Source: Phoronis australis (taxonomy: Eukaryota; Animalia; Phoronida). From it: a stretch of DNA of 64,000 nt. The stretch lies in contig NMRA01000066.1 of the NCBI GenBank assembly GCA_002633005.1, positions 893,912 through 957,911 of the forward strand, in the 5' to 3' direction. This document shows positions 50,801-64,000 of the stretch, one piece after another. A model generated the notes under the pieces. It did not search any database and was not told where the DNA came from. It saw only the letters and a program-made list of their open reading frames with translations. Each line of letters begins with the position of its first letter. Position 1 is the stretch's first letter. Made by a program: the position numbers and the translations under genes.

Positions 50801-53800
50801 GATCAATAAGCAACTAGTGCCGTTATAAAAGCTGTAGAACAATAGCACAAAACGACAATGTGAAACGTGCGTTATAAGTTCTCATGAAGCCGAAAGGCAA
50901 ATATTACATAACTATTACCAAGGATAACAAATGGTGCATCACCATTTGTTGATACCAGCTTCACAAATTTGAATTTTGAGGGATATCAATGAGCTTTTCT
51001 CATAGTTAGTGCCTGTAGAACAACAAGCAAAAGATCTCTAAAGGACAACATGCCTGTGGTTCATGAGAACGATTGCCAGCTTTACTTTTACGTGGAAACC
51101 AAGACGGGAATTATAAGATTCTTACGTGAATGGTATCGGACATCATCTTGTCAAACTGTCCAATGAAGTCGCTGTCTTCCTCACACTCAATGACCCGGGG
51201 TCCTGACCTCAACACCACCACACTGTCTTCATGCTCTTCCTCGCCTGCTGACTCCATGAGGTCACTGTCGTCTTCCGAGTCGTCAGCGTCTTCGTCATCC
51301 AGGTCAGAACCCTGGCAAATGGAAGCGTAATATGAGCTCGCATGTCAAATGTGGTATCGCATACATTGTGGCTGCTTTGCATGATTATACTATTTGTCAA
51401 GAAATGGTCTCTCTTTAACAAAATGATTTATTTACACAACGTTCAAGTACACTGTGACGACGGCTTTAAAAACTATTTTTGGGACATCTGAACAAATTCA
51501 GTAGAATGGTCCATCCAGATGAAACCGTGTTCTACCCAGCTTTCATGAGGGACCATTTTATCTGAATCCTTTTGGCTGGTACTGTACTCACAAATCCACC
51601 CCGTTTACCTTGGCAGGCTGACTACTGCTCCTTCTGTCCCGTTCATCTTCGCTTTCTGCTGTCCCCTCACCATCGATGTCATTTATCTGAGACAGGCTAA
51701 GGTCTGCATAGAATAAAGGCAAAATATTAGGTGTTAAGGTTATGTATAACCCTAAAAATGTCCAACTTTGGCTAACTTTGGAGCATCGTATCCCAGAAAT
51801 GGTTGAACGGATTCATATGAAACTATCAGAAACAATAGCCTAGACTGAATTAATATCTGGCTAAATACAGGAGTTGTCAATAAGGTCTTCATAACTTCAA
51901 CAGAGATGGACAAAATTACCAACATTCTCAAGCTTTAACAGAGAAGCCTCGAATTTAAAGATAAAATATTATTAAGACAATAACAACAATAATAATAACA
52001 ATAATAATTAACAGAGAAGCCTCGAATTTAAAGATAAAATATTATTAAGACAATAACAACAATAATAATAACAATAACAATAATAATAATTATAGTATAA
52101 CAATAACAGCAATAGTAATAACGACAACAACAATTATTATTCCCATTACATAAGAATACAGCAACACCCCTTTGCTAATAACCTGATTTTTGAAACACTA
52201 TTCAATGACTAACATCTGATAATTAGTTTAGTAATCATGCATCCCCAGATCTAGCCTGTTCTGAGTAAAGCTCAAGACAGCGATTCAGAAGTAAGCAAAC
52301 AAGTCGTGCTTCAAATCAGTTAATGTTTTGGTTGAAACATCATTAAACTGATTATTATAAAATTATTTACAGAGAAAACAAATAAGAATTTGGACAATTT
52401 ATTTGACCAACAGGATCAACACACACTCACCCTCGTCTGTCTCATGTATCGTTTGCAGTCCCGGATCACCATCGCTATGTTCGTCCGTTTCTGTGATGGG
52501 CAGGATTCCAACTGAAGAGAATTGGGAAGATCAAACACGTGAAACAACTGTCACCACTTATTTTCATTTTCAATGTTTCAACTCAAGACTTCCAGGACAT
52601 GGGGTCAAATCTGTTTTATATGTCTGCGTCATCATGAAGAGGTATATTTGAATGACCACCGCATGCAGTTTTCACAACAGAGGACTATCAAGATTTGCAA
52701 AAACATAACAGAACTGAACTGGTAGCAAGACAACACATACAAATGACCTGGCTTCAAGATGACACATACAAATGACCTGGGTTCAAGATGACACATACAA
52801 AATGACCTGGCTTCAAGATGACACGTCATACAAATGACCTGGCTTCAAGATGACACATACAAATGACCTGGCTTCAAAATGATACATACAAACGACCTGG
52901 CTTCAAGATGACACATATAGACAAACCTGGCTTCAAGATGACACACACAGACGACCAGGCTTCAAGATGACACACACAGATATGACCTGGCTTCAAGATG
53001 ACACACACACACAGATGACCTGGCTTCAAGATGACACATACAAATGACCTGGCTACAAGATGACACATACAAATGACCTGGCTTCAAGATGACACATACA
53101 AATGACCTGGCTTCAAGCACAAATAACTACTGCATTGCAGTGAACACCGAATCACTGAACAGTGACTCTGACTTGCAGTAGGAAAATAGAATTTAAAACA
53201 GTTTTCAAAAATTCACTCAAATTTCTTCCAGCTTAAATATTGACAAAACTATCCACGAAAGGTTCCAAAATTCTTTTTGCTTTATCTCGCCAAAACTAAG
53301 ACAGGAATCCTAAACTTTGACGAGCATAAAACTATTCAGCATCACGTCACGGTTCACCTACCCAGTTTCTGTCTGAAGGCCTTCTCCAGTGATAGCACCA
53401 GAGCACAGGCCAGCTCGTAACTCTCAGCCAGCTCAAAGTTGGGTCGAACGTCATCAAGCATGTCCTGCACAAGGTTCATTATTTCGATAGGGAATGGTCT
53501 GTCCTCAAAAAACACGGAAAGCTCCCTCTTGAATATAAAGTACCTCTGTAAAGATGTTAATCATAAGCATATGAGTACGCAACCTATTCAAAGCTGCATT
53601 TGGTTGCATTTAATGGACAGATTTTTTTTCACTGCAGCTGGATTATCAAAATCTTTGAGAAGGTTGTGTTCTGTGATAATTGTCAACTCAGAAAAGTTCA
53701 CAAGGAATCGCAGAATAACTTCCAACAAGGTCTGTGCAAAATGAGCAGCACTTTGAATGCATAGCCAGGTGCAGCGTCCCTAACCTGTCGTCGAAAAAGC

Positions 53801-56800
53801 AAAATATTTTCGATAACTTTACTTAATATGTTGATGATGATGACCAGTAGGTTCACTATACACAGAACAATTTCATAAATTTGTATCAAAGACAAAACTC
53901 ATATCTTGCCATGACAAACCAATTTTGCAAGGACATCAAAAAAAACCCCAAAGAAATAGCACCAATACATTCTCATCCACCTGGTGGAAAATCTAAACGT
54001 GACCTCCACCCTTTTGACCTTCGACACGACACATGACCTTACACTGACCTGGAAGTAGAGCAGGAAGTAGTCCAGCTTTTTCTTGCTTGACCCACGGTCA
54101 AAGTACTGACCACAAGTATCCAGCATGATGCAAACGAGGCGGATACGGAACAGATGTTCAGGCGGGTCGAGAGGCGAAAAGTTCTCCTCTACGAAGAGAC
54201 GAGACAAGAATAGAGTTTGGAATTTCGGCACGTCGTAGCTTGTTCATGTTGGCAGCATTCTAATAAGACTTGCCATGTTCACATTTGTTGAAAAACTTGA
54301 AAAAATGATCATGACAATGAGAGCCAGCAGAAATGAATTACTTACAATATGTCGCTCCTCCTGATCCATCCAGGAAAATGCATTCTTAATAGAGTCAAAT
54401 TTAATCCTTATTAGGGATTACTTTTTAAATGTGTTTCAAGAACAATTTAAACTTATCAAATCCCCCAAAACAACAACTTCATGGTGACGTCTTACTTGTC
54501 ATATCGACCAATGTGTTGCTTGAACTAAATCAACCCTCATAAATGCAATAATATTTTCATGATTTTACCTCACTGACTAGATGAATAAAAACAAATGACC
54601 AGATTTACAAAATTGTGAAATTCAAAGTGTGTCACAGAATTGGTCGATATTTGGGTTGGATAGTCTCAAACAATAGCTACTGGAGGAATGCAAACAGAGA
54701 TTAAAAGGGATCCCATGACTCTGCCATCAGTAAGAAGACAAAGCATATGCTTGCAGAGAAATTACAGTTTTTACATACTAGAGACACTACATGAAATGAA
54801 TTAGTTAAAAAAAGTTAGTTACTTACCATCTAAGGAGACCCCAAAAGTGATGAATGAATAGAGCACCTTGAATATGACGGACGACTCGACCATGCGGTAG
54901 TTGTAGAGCTCCCCCAGATACTTGACCTCGCTGACCCGTCGCTGGTTGAATTTAGGCAAATTGATCTCCATCCCAAGACGAATGTCTTCCAATATGGCGT
55001 CAACAACTTTAATGGCCACATGATCCTTTAAGGGAAAATATCGAGGTCAACAGTATCAAGCAAGCACTTCGTAAGTCATTCTTTTTTTAACTTGGTGAAC
55101 TAAATTTAGGATCTCACAATACAGACTATACATACAATATGAGAGGAGGTGACACGTCACCAGAATGATGTGCAAATGACAGCAACAAAAGATAATTGTG
55201 TGGTCACCACAATATTTCTTATGAAAAATAGCTACTTACAAGAGGCCATTTTGACCAAATTCCAATTACAAATGTGGTATTCATGCACTTACGCTCTAAA
55301 AGATCATGGAGACCTTATAGACCTTGCATGAGTTTCCAGCAACTTCTGGACACGCCTGCAGCAGAACTGTGGCAAACATCACCACGTTGCTACTTTTGTT
55401 CAGGTCTAAACTTTTCCAATGAAATCAATGGCCTAACTTGTGAAGCAATTATTATCATATGTTTGTCTTAAAGTAACAGGACATGCAATGCGTGAAACTC
55501 GTACAACAGAAGAAAAAGTCAGTCACTGTGATCACACACTATAGTAAAAAATCAACGTCCTTACTAATAAAAATAACATATTGCGAGCCAAGCCAGTAGG
55601 TTTCAGCACAAAAGAGGTATTTGTCTGTATAGAGTACTGCATTTGCAGGAAATGTTTGAGGCTGAATAGCCCTGTTATGGTGAGATTAGACCAATGTCTT
55701 AACTCACGTAATACGGTGCCAGCCCAGCCAGTAGATTGGCAGCACAGTGTATATTGTTATACTTCATATTCCACACGGAGACCAGTCTCTTAGTGCAGTA
55801 GGCGATCACCTGGAATATAAGCAGCAGCATGATACCACATGGATGAAAAAACAGTTACGGAGGAGAGTCTGAGTACAAAACAGACTTATGGAAAGATCCT
55901 TCACTAACCTTCAGTTGCTAAAACTGCTGTCTACTCTACAGTACAAGGTGGAAGTAATCAGAAAAGATACCGTTTCCTGTCCTGACGGCTGTAAACACCA
56001 AAATGACTGGAAATAACTATTCAGGTGGCAAAACTTTAATTACCGAATGACTTAGCCAAATTATAAACAGTCCTGTTAATTCCCCTTCATTCTTGGTCAT
56101 CAGGGGAGACTACTCTGACATTGAATTTGGCTTGTGTCCAGCTGTAGTGACGGGGAATTCTGGGTAATTTGACTAATCCTTTTGACTTGTACTGTATGTC
56201 ATTTTCATTATTTAACTCCTTTAGTACACAATATGGCTGACGAGCAAAATTATATTCTGTCAAATTTCGTGACAACAATGAAGATCAAGAAAATTTTAGC
56301 AAATAACTAGCATGATTAGCACTGCGTAGATATCATAAAACAACATTCCATTACAAAAATTTCATTATTTCCACCAAAGTAATCAGCCTCTGAAAAATGG
56401 AAAATGACAATTTTGGCAATTAATTTAAGTGAAAACAGAGTGAATTACTTTAATTTACACATTCTTGAAAACAAACAAACTAGGTCGGACACCCACAAAA
56501 CAAGTATTTGGTTCAGCAGAATAGTGAAATCTTTTGGGTAATATATGGTATTGATGAAAAAAAATGACAGGATGCATCAAGAGAAATTATTCAGTTGTGA
56601 AACTTAGCAGCCAGACAATGAAACCCCCTCACCTACCTCAGGATTATCCCAGTCTAGCTTTCTCAGCTGTCGCAAGACCTATAATGTGAAATCAAACAAC
56701 CAATTCATGGACCTCAGTAAAGGTAATGCAAAGAATAAAGTTAACATCATCGACAAACACAAAAACAAGTTTGAGCAAGAACATGCCACTTAATTTGAAG

Positions 56801-59800
56801 AAAACTGTACAGTTGCTGAACATCGAAAGCGTGGTTCAACCATGACAACCTGGCGTGCATGCAAACTTTGCCCAAAAGGTATTCACCGCAACAGGTCATC
56901 GGTTCACTCTAGCAAAGTTTACTAAAACCACCTATATTGCATATAAAAGACGTAATGAACTATCTTATAGCGACAAGTTTCGATCTGTACTACTGGCAGG
57001 GTTAGATGCTTAGCAAAACACAAACTCAACAAATTCCCAGGCCATTAAATGGGTAATGAGCAAAACCAAGAAATCCTCATACGCGTAAGTACTGGCCCCT
57101 ACAAAGAACAACAGTAGATAATAGAAAACCAGAGATCGTCCATGCTGCCTTTTTAGTCAAACGGGAAATGAGAACTTATTTGGGTGCTCGCTGGCGACCA
57201 ATTCGCCCCCCAGGCCCATCTCAAGGACAGGCAGACATTCATAACACATTACTTGTGCAGGAGTCATGAATGGCCCTTCCAATTTTTGTCAAACATTTCC
57301 CACACCTGTTTGTTCACTTCCTGCAGCCTTTTTGAGTTCATTTTGAGGTGTGCGTGGCGATTTTTACCAGGTCATCAAACGATGTCAGAGGTCACATCAA
57401 CAAAGTAGAGGTCGCCAAAATGAGCACGGCATTGCGTTGACAACTTCTTGCTATTTCCATGAACATCAACGCAGAAATCACACACAGAAATGTACCACAA
57501 AAATCTTAAAAAATCTGGTGTCCAAAAATGGTATCAACATCGAATTAAAACTCTAAATTGAAACTATACCTTCTCGACATTGTTTTTAGACAAGTCCTTA
57601 TACAGCAGTCTGCGCACATACTCGTGCAGTGGAGGGCGTTCACGACGCACAAAATGTGGTGTGTCTGGTGGGTTGCTGTAGTAGTAAGCATTCTCAATCA
57701 TGGTGAGGTAGCGAGCGTCCAAGTGGAGTGACGCCTTCTTACGCATCATTATCTCCAGGTAGATCTTAGTGCGTAGGTGGGAATCAGGTGAGCGATAGAG
57801 AAACCGACCAGCCACTTCTAGCAATGCACACGCCATTTCTACATTGTGGTATTTGAAGTCAAACAGCAAGTTCTAGGATCAGAAATATACACAATTAGAA
57901 TAACTATAATTATTATTCATAATAATCATCTCCATTGTCACATTTTATGTGGAAAATGAGTTTATTACTCTATTACTATAGCTACAAGTTAAAAGAAATA
58001 AAAGACATAGCTAATTTAAATCAATCAATTGAAACAAACTTGAGACACACTATATGCAATGCTGAATTTCAGGAAAAGCTTCAGTGAACTTTTTTGTTAA
58101 GCATTCCGCTCATGGTGTAAGCTTGTCCGTACACAAGTCGGGTTACCTTTACTATGGACAGCCACAATACGAGTACGCAGTGACTCAGACAACATGTTTA
58201 TGTTTCAACTCCCCAGTGATAAACATCAAGAAGAATGTACCTGAACAATCAGTTTTTGTTCAACTTCAGCATTTTAATTACTTCATTAACAAACCCGGCA
58301 CCAGCATCATAATCGACACACCCTTGTGTTCAGTGCCTAAACAAAATGCGTTCTTAATTCAGACAATAAAGGAAACTTGTATCCAAGGCAAATGATTATG
58401 TCAGTACTTTTCAATCAAACACAAATCACCTTTAAAATAGTTAAAGCCTCTGCCTTGGGAAACATCTTGAACTTGACTAGTTCACCTGTAAAATTAACAT
58501 TTTTGCAGGATAATAGGCTTTGCAATAACTAATAAAAGCAAAGAACAACAAAATTAAAGCAATCTTATCACTAAAAAATTCTTGACACTTGTAACCTTTA
58601 CTGTCTTTTACTAAATCCCAAATATTAATTGAAAATGACAATCACGAAGGACAGTTCATTTTTTGCAATTCAAATTTGTGCGACTTTGTACAACACTGGT
58701 CATATGATCAGGTCACTAGTCAAGTAGCATGAAGCATAAAATGTCACAAGCTGCAAAAAATCATGCACTTGATTGCTATGATTGACATTCCTAGTAAGCT
58801 TGTTTTAACTTAAAACAATACGTCATTCACATGCTGGCAGAGGGGTCCAGGGGTCTGGACACCACCCACATTAACATAGCAGTAATGGAGGACACTCAAG
58901 CACCCCTTACGGCTGTCTATTGTCTGGCCCCTTGGACAAACTCCTGGATCAGCAGCTGGCCATCATTCCAAATGCCCAGGTTAAAGCAATGTATGAGAAC
59001 ACAGGGAGGTTAAGCTGTTAGTTTATAGCCTGGAGACAGCTTATTGGTAACCCCATGAAAATGTTCAACAAAAGATGAGAAACATCTAATATTGTTTGCT
59101 GCAAAAAAATCCTTGAGCACATGTGTCGCGTATCAGTTCGTAAAATGACCAATGACAGGAATCCACTCACCCACAATAAACACAGCAACCAGTTTGAGAA
59201 TGATTGAGCTGTTGGATACATTCTAAAACTCAAAAGTGCTCACAGTATTTCAAGCAATTAAAAAGCAAATGAAATCAATCCTAGAGCCAGCACTTCAGCA
59301 TCTTCAAACATCCCACCTGCTTTGCCTGCACGTGAATGCTATATATGAGATACATGGGAACAAATTTGGCAAGTTCATAAAAGTGAGAGTGTAGTCATAC
59401 GTTACTCACCGATGAAGCGTACAGTCTTCAGCTTAGACTCTATGTTGATCTGGTCCTTCTTTTTCATGTGCCATCGGATGTCACCTTTGAGCTGCGTGAC
59501 CAGCTCGCTTGACACGTCGGGCATGCACGGGCACAAAGTAGCAACAAGACGAGAGTAGAACGGCAACAGGTCCAACCTAACCAGTAGTAAAAGGGCTAAA
59601 GGGTTAGGATTATGGTGTAGTCAATCTCAGACAAAATACCTGAATTAGATACCATTCACTACAAATGAATGATAAACAATAGTACAAGAAAAAGTTCTTG
59701 TTTCAAGAACAAGGGAAAGCATAAATCAAAATGTGTCTTACCAGGGTTTTCCGTAGATAAGCCCCTGGGCGTGTATACGGAGAATGAAAATTTCAAGACA

Positions 59801-62800
59801 CTTTTGGAACATCAATAAACGCCCGGGCGTTTAATCGGAAAAGGGGGCGTGTAAACAGAAAGTCATAATTTTCGCGACGTAAATACCAGCATGAAGCGTT
59901 ATATGTATTTTGTAAGTGAAACTTCTATAGCAGCTTATCAATCGCAATATCTGCCCAGCGGGACAAGAAAATATTGTGTGCATCACTCCTAGATCTCCTT
60001 GTTACAAAGATGATAGCACCCAAAGTCATTCAACAGAAAATCTGTGAACTTCGGCCGGCTTGAAAACTCGGCCACATCGTATTGTGAAAAAAACAACTTC
60101 AAGCCAGTTCTGTTAGTATAGTTCAGCAACACTTTTCTCGTTTTTATAATAAATCCTCTACAAAACTGAATTTGTTGACTCTAAGTGGGCGTTTAAGAGG
60201 AAATTTTCCGAATTAAAGCACCACTATCTAGACACTTGAAACGAGAAGTTCCAACACCGGCATAATTTTCCGAATAAACGCACATGGGCGTTTATTCGGC
60301 ATAATTATCCGAATAAACGCACATGGGCATTTCATCGGAAGGGCTTATCTATGGAAAACCCCGGTAAGAGCATGGGGATTATAATTTCAAAAAAGATCTT
60401 TGATGCTTAAAGCCAAGCAAACTCACTGCGACTAAAGCACTAACGCACTCATAGAGAATCAATCCATCACATAACATTCAAAAAGCAATTCTCAATATTT
60501 CTTATTACCTTCAGCAACACATAAATAAGAGTTTGCATGACATGTTTCAACCAAGGGCATCAATTCTGAAAAACTGCATATAACAAACTGACATCCACAA
60601 ACCTTGATCTCTGAACTTTGAACAGTGTGCGCACCAGTTTGTTTCTATTCACCTTTGTGTTCAGCTTCATGCAGAAATCAACGGCAGCCTGTAACAATGG
60701 TAACAAATGATAATTGGCAGGTCAGCTCAGCAAATAATCAGACTTTCTAGTACCAATGTGGTGACTGGTCACATGTGACCAGACACTAGCTGCTTCTAGA
60801 GAACAAGGAGGCAATTCCACTGTCTTGTTTAAAATGACTCACACTCAAACACTGTGAAAGGATCTTTTTACAAAGTAAAACACGGTTCCTAATGCTACCC
60901 ATTGCAAAGAAGTTCCTCCTGGTACATCCAGGTGGCGATAAAGTCACCGGTCATACGGGATCAGCTAACATTGCTTCCTAAAAATTTTCCATAGCTCAAA
61001 GTAATGCACATGAATTATAGGTCAACGAATACATTCTTTCTATTAAAAGAGTAAATAAGTAATTTAAAGCAGTTTAACTCCCACTTCCACGTTTTTTAGA
61101 ACTCGATTTTCCAGTGCTAAATAAATTTTGAAGATACATAGAGTATAGGGAGTGATCACTACCAATAAAATTGTTACTTGTTGGCGCAATGTTGCATACA
61201 AAGGAAAAAGTAATTGCCAGATTGAACATTCAACGGTCAATGAAAGGTTTTGGTTGAACTGTATATCCGGTATGTACCTCAACTCACATTTTAAACTGAG
61301 TCAGATTTGTATTGAATCTATTAAGTAAATCAAATCTCGATGATGGAAAGTTTAGAGACCATTGCATCAATCGCAATTCGCAAGTGATGGACAGGAATTT
61401 TGTCAAAATGCCAAAACTCGAGGTTTACTTGGTCAAGAACAGGTACTTGGGAGTAACTAAGCAACTCTCAGAAAGGCATGCTTGGCAGCGAAATAGTTAA
61501 AAAGTACTTCTGAGTAAAACTATGTCTAACAATGACAAAGGCAAAACNNNNNNNNNNNNNNNNNNNNNNNNNNNNNNNNNNNNNNNNNNNNNNNNNNNNN
61601 NNNNNNNNNNNNNNNNNNNNNNNNNNNNNNNNNNNNNNNNNNNNNNNNNNNNNNNNNNNNNNNNNNTTCCTCAAATTGGAATAAATTTAACATCTTAATG
61701 CAAATGAGAAAAAGATCAGTAACCAAGAGGTTGGTCTTGGAGCTGAGATACCTTGTCAATAAGCTCCCGGTTAACACAGTTGGGTAGGGTGGTTAGGAAG
61801 TTTTCCAGAAGAACTTTAGTGTTGCTTTCAGCATCATCATCTACAATAGGAATGACTATTAAATTTAATTGCATATACACAAGCAGGCAAGAATTCAGAA
61901 TATTCAAAAGGACCCATCACAAATTGCACCTTTATCATCGAAAATCATTGTTTTGGTTCATATTTTGGAGTGGAATCTTGGTTTTTAATTCAGAGGTTTA
62001 CACCACAACACCATGGACCACATGGAGGTCACTGATATTGTCAACACGGAAATTCACCGCCAATAACCTGACTTATTAAGATTTGAAATTAGCGATTTTG
62101 ATTTTAACTTAATGCAGAGATGAATGTTGACCTTTATTTGCAGATGCTAATGATGATCAGTTTGGAGGCAACATTCATTTCCAATCCTCGCACAGAAAGA
62201 TTCATGGCATATTATGTATGGCCCATTTGAATCTATTTGAAACGTGCAATGTAGGCAGTACATCACAAAACCTTTTCAATCTCTTAATTAAAGACTATCA
62301 GGGTTGCATTCATACTAATCCAATGAGCAGGCTCAAGAAAGTCCTGATAACAACAGATATCCTGTAATGACCAGAACACAATAGCAAAGTTGAGACAGCC
62401 TAGTCTAACAGAAGATAAGTCATGAACAGATTCCACTAGCTTATTCACGGCTCCCTGCACCTAATCCTGAAAGCAGAGGTCTTGTAATGATTAAGGCAGC
62501 AACACCCCCTTTGTGCACAACTTTTAGCTGCTATTTATAAAGAAGTTGACAATCTAAACTCTATTCTCTTCTAAAGTTGCCGAAATATCGGAGCACAAGT
62601 TTTCTACTATTCAAATGATCCAATTAATTTTTTCGTCTAGCTTTTTATGGGGTTTTATCACAGATTCAACATGAGACAATGAATTTTGCCAAAATTTGTC
62701 AACGTACCTTCTCCCTCATCTGCAATGTCTTCCTCTTCTTCCCCTCCCACATCACGATCTTCATCGCCTTCAGTCGCCTCCTCTTTACTCTCTCCTACCG

Positions 62801-62860
62801 TCAACTTCTCTGCCTCTTCCATCTCCTTTTCAATGTCTTCAAGTTTCAGGTCGGCCATAT
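47845..62860 (-). CDS. UPF2: Regulator of nonsense transcripts 2 (UPF2): MIF4G-2, MIF4G-3 and C-terminal UPF1-binding region; 5' exons lie beyond 64000
   Basis: Exons 62708-62860, 61752-61840 (LPNCVNRELIDK), 60603-60688, 59410-59576 (LDLLPFYSRLVATL..KKDQINIE), 58430-58485, 57570-57872 (GRFLYRSPDSHLRT), 56637-56678, 55708-55809, 54827-55025 (LGELYNYRMVES), 54049-54188 (LDPPEHLFRIRLVC), 53362-53545, 52431-52511, 51609-51703, 51126-51311, 50291-50399, 49282-49457 (FVLMTRRGNKQ), 48675-48753, and one starting at 48350 (YKHPKGAPDADAIFG). All phases are consistent. The stop is either read-through at 48178 or, via a last intron, TAA at 47845. Confidence 0.97.
50697..50770 (+). repeat. 21-bp tandem repeat AGAAAAGAATTGTGGTGCAAG, about 3.5 copies
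   Basis: Directly visible; explains the RKELWCK repeats in the ORF track. Confidence 0.85.
51937..52135 (+). repeat. 72-bp tandem duplication running into an (AAC/AAT)n microsatellite
   Basis: AACAGAGAAGCCTCGAATTTAAAGATAAAATATTATTAAGACAATAACAAC occurs twice. Confidence 0.85.
52733..53117 (+). repeat. Minisatellite, ~29-bp unit ACACATACAAATGACCTGGCTTCAAGATG, about 13 copies
   Basis: Directly visible tandem array in a UPF2 intron. Confidence 0.92.
59741..60364. mobile_element. Tc1/mariner (pogo-like) MITE in a UPF2 intron
   Basis: 24-bp TIR CCAGGGTTTTCCGTAGATAAGCCC with 2 mismatches; TA on both flanks; subterminal AATAAACGC repeats. Confidence 0.75.
61548..61666. other. Assembly gap
   Basis: Run of N in a UPF2 intron. 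Confidence 1.
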
Positions 62861-63644
62861 CTACAAGGAAAACTAGCATGCATATGTCATGTGTTTCTGT
62901 CTATGTATTACAGTTTTATTATTAATAGCTAGTAGTGCCTAGTATTGTTTGTTTCACATAGCTTTAAATAAAGTTAGTATGTCACCTTGGCTTTAATCTG
63001 GAAGCAAATTCTAAGATCAAATTTTGAAGTATATAGACCGCATGACCACTGGTCAGTATTGGGCGTTTTTCGCAACTCTGGCCTCTCACCTTTACAAACG
63101 AACCTAGTTTAACACCCAGTATTGTTTCACTATGGGTCACTCGCAAACATCAAACAAAAAATCTGTTAACCAATGTTTTTCGAACAACTTAATTTCATCT
63201 GTCTAAACTAAGTGAACAACTTACCTGACAGACGTCATTGACAGAGAGGGTGTCAAAATAATAGCCTGTTTTACTATTTAATCAAATTTGCAGGCAGACG
63301 TTTTGGAGTGGTCAAACAAACAAAAAATAACATAAAATGAAAAAGGAAATAATCAATAAAACTTTATTGCTTCAAGCTACTATGAAACTTCTGTCAAAAA
63401 GCAAACTTCTGATTTACGCAACTTATGAAGTTGATCAGCGCTTCCCTTACTCAAACTAAAGGTTATTTCTGGGCTTCAAACACAAAAACTGACAGTTTGT
63501 TATGGTTCGAGACCAAGCTTAACACAATGGCTTCCACGGTTGTCATTTGATACGCAGAGTATGGACTTAAGCAACAACAAATGTCCAGTTCTTTACAAGC
63601 TGCTCATGTTAGGCAAGAGCGTTTTAGAGTAGACAGTGTCCAGT

Positions 63645-64000
63645 AGCATGAAACAGTCCCAAATAAGGACTCGCCTAAATTCCATAAATCTACTGTGTAT
63701 TTGCATCTTTCTTCACTCACAGATCTAATATTTTTCTATCATTTCATCTCTATTATGAGCTTCTCTTAAACTAATATTTTCTAAATAATATATCTTAAAA
63801 CTGAGTCCTGAATTCAGTGAACATGAATAGGGACGTTGTATGAAAAGATCCCTATTTATTTAGGATGACATTGAGAATTCAACGAACAGTTCAGTCTTTA
63901 TTTGTATCAAAGCCAAAATTTGACTTAGTAAAGAAACTACAACAGCATAAGAAACGACAATCGGCATTAATTTTCACAAGCCCACACATACACAGTAGAT
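63645..64000 (+). repeat. Dispersed repeat also present in GSTM intron 5 (1820-2170; 27505-27845)
   Basis: Shared GCATGAAACAGTCCCAAATAA...ACTCACAGAT...AAAACTGAGyCCTGAATTCA...TTGAGAATTCA, collinear but diverged. Confidence 0.75.

Noticed and set aside
52733-53117. 29-bp repeat array resembling CRISPR
   Set aside because: Units are head-to-tail with no unique spacers, there are no cas genes, and it sits in a eukaryotic intron.

Overview
AT-rich, intron- and repeat-rich animal (invertebrate-like) genomic DNA with two assembly gaps. The ORF track is mostly uninformative because the real genes are spliced; exons were rebuilt by hand from GT-AG sites and reading phase. Contents: (1) two tandem minus-strand Mu-class glutathione S-transferase paralogs (A, 204-8053, last exon outside the window; B, 25008-34963, complete, 8 exons, 220 aa) from a >10 kb duplication. 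Each carries TWO homologous coding first exons, proximal and distal, both with the catalytic Tyr. (2) An unrecognised 7-exon plus-strand coiled-coil gene (19345-23446) and a second set of phase-compatible exons (11697-14611) between the paralogs. (3) The middle and 3' part of UPF2 (minus strand, ~47845-62860), with a duplicated splice donor whose use would add a premature stop. (4) Many mobile elements: a decayed HERO-like non-LTR retrotransposon whose 3' UTR holds hammerhead core elements in an unusual order, a BEL/Pao fragment, a solo LTR, several MITEs with clear TSDs, and a Helentron-like element carrying about 11 same-orientation CTCF-like motifs.
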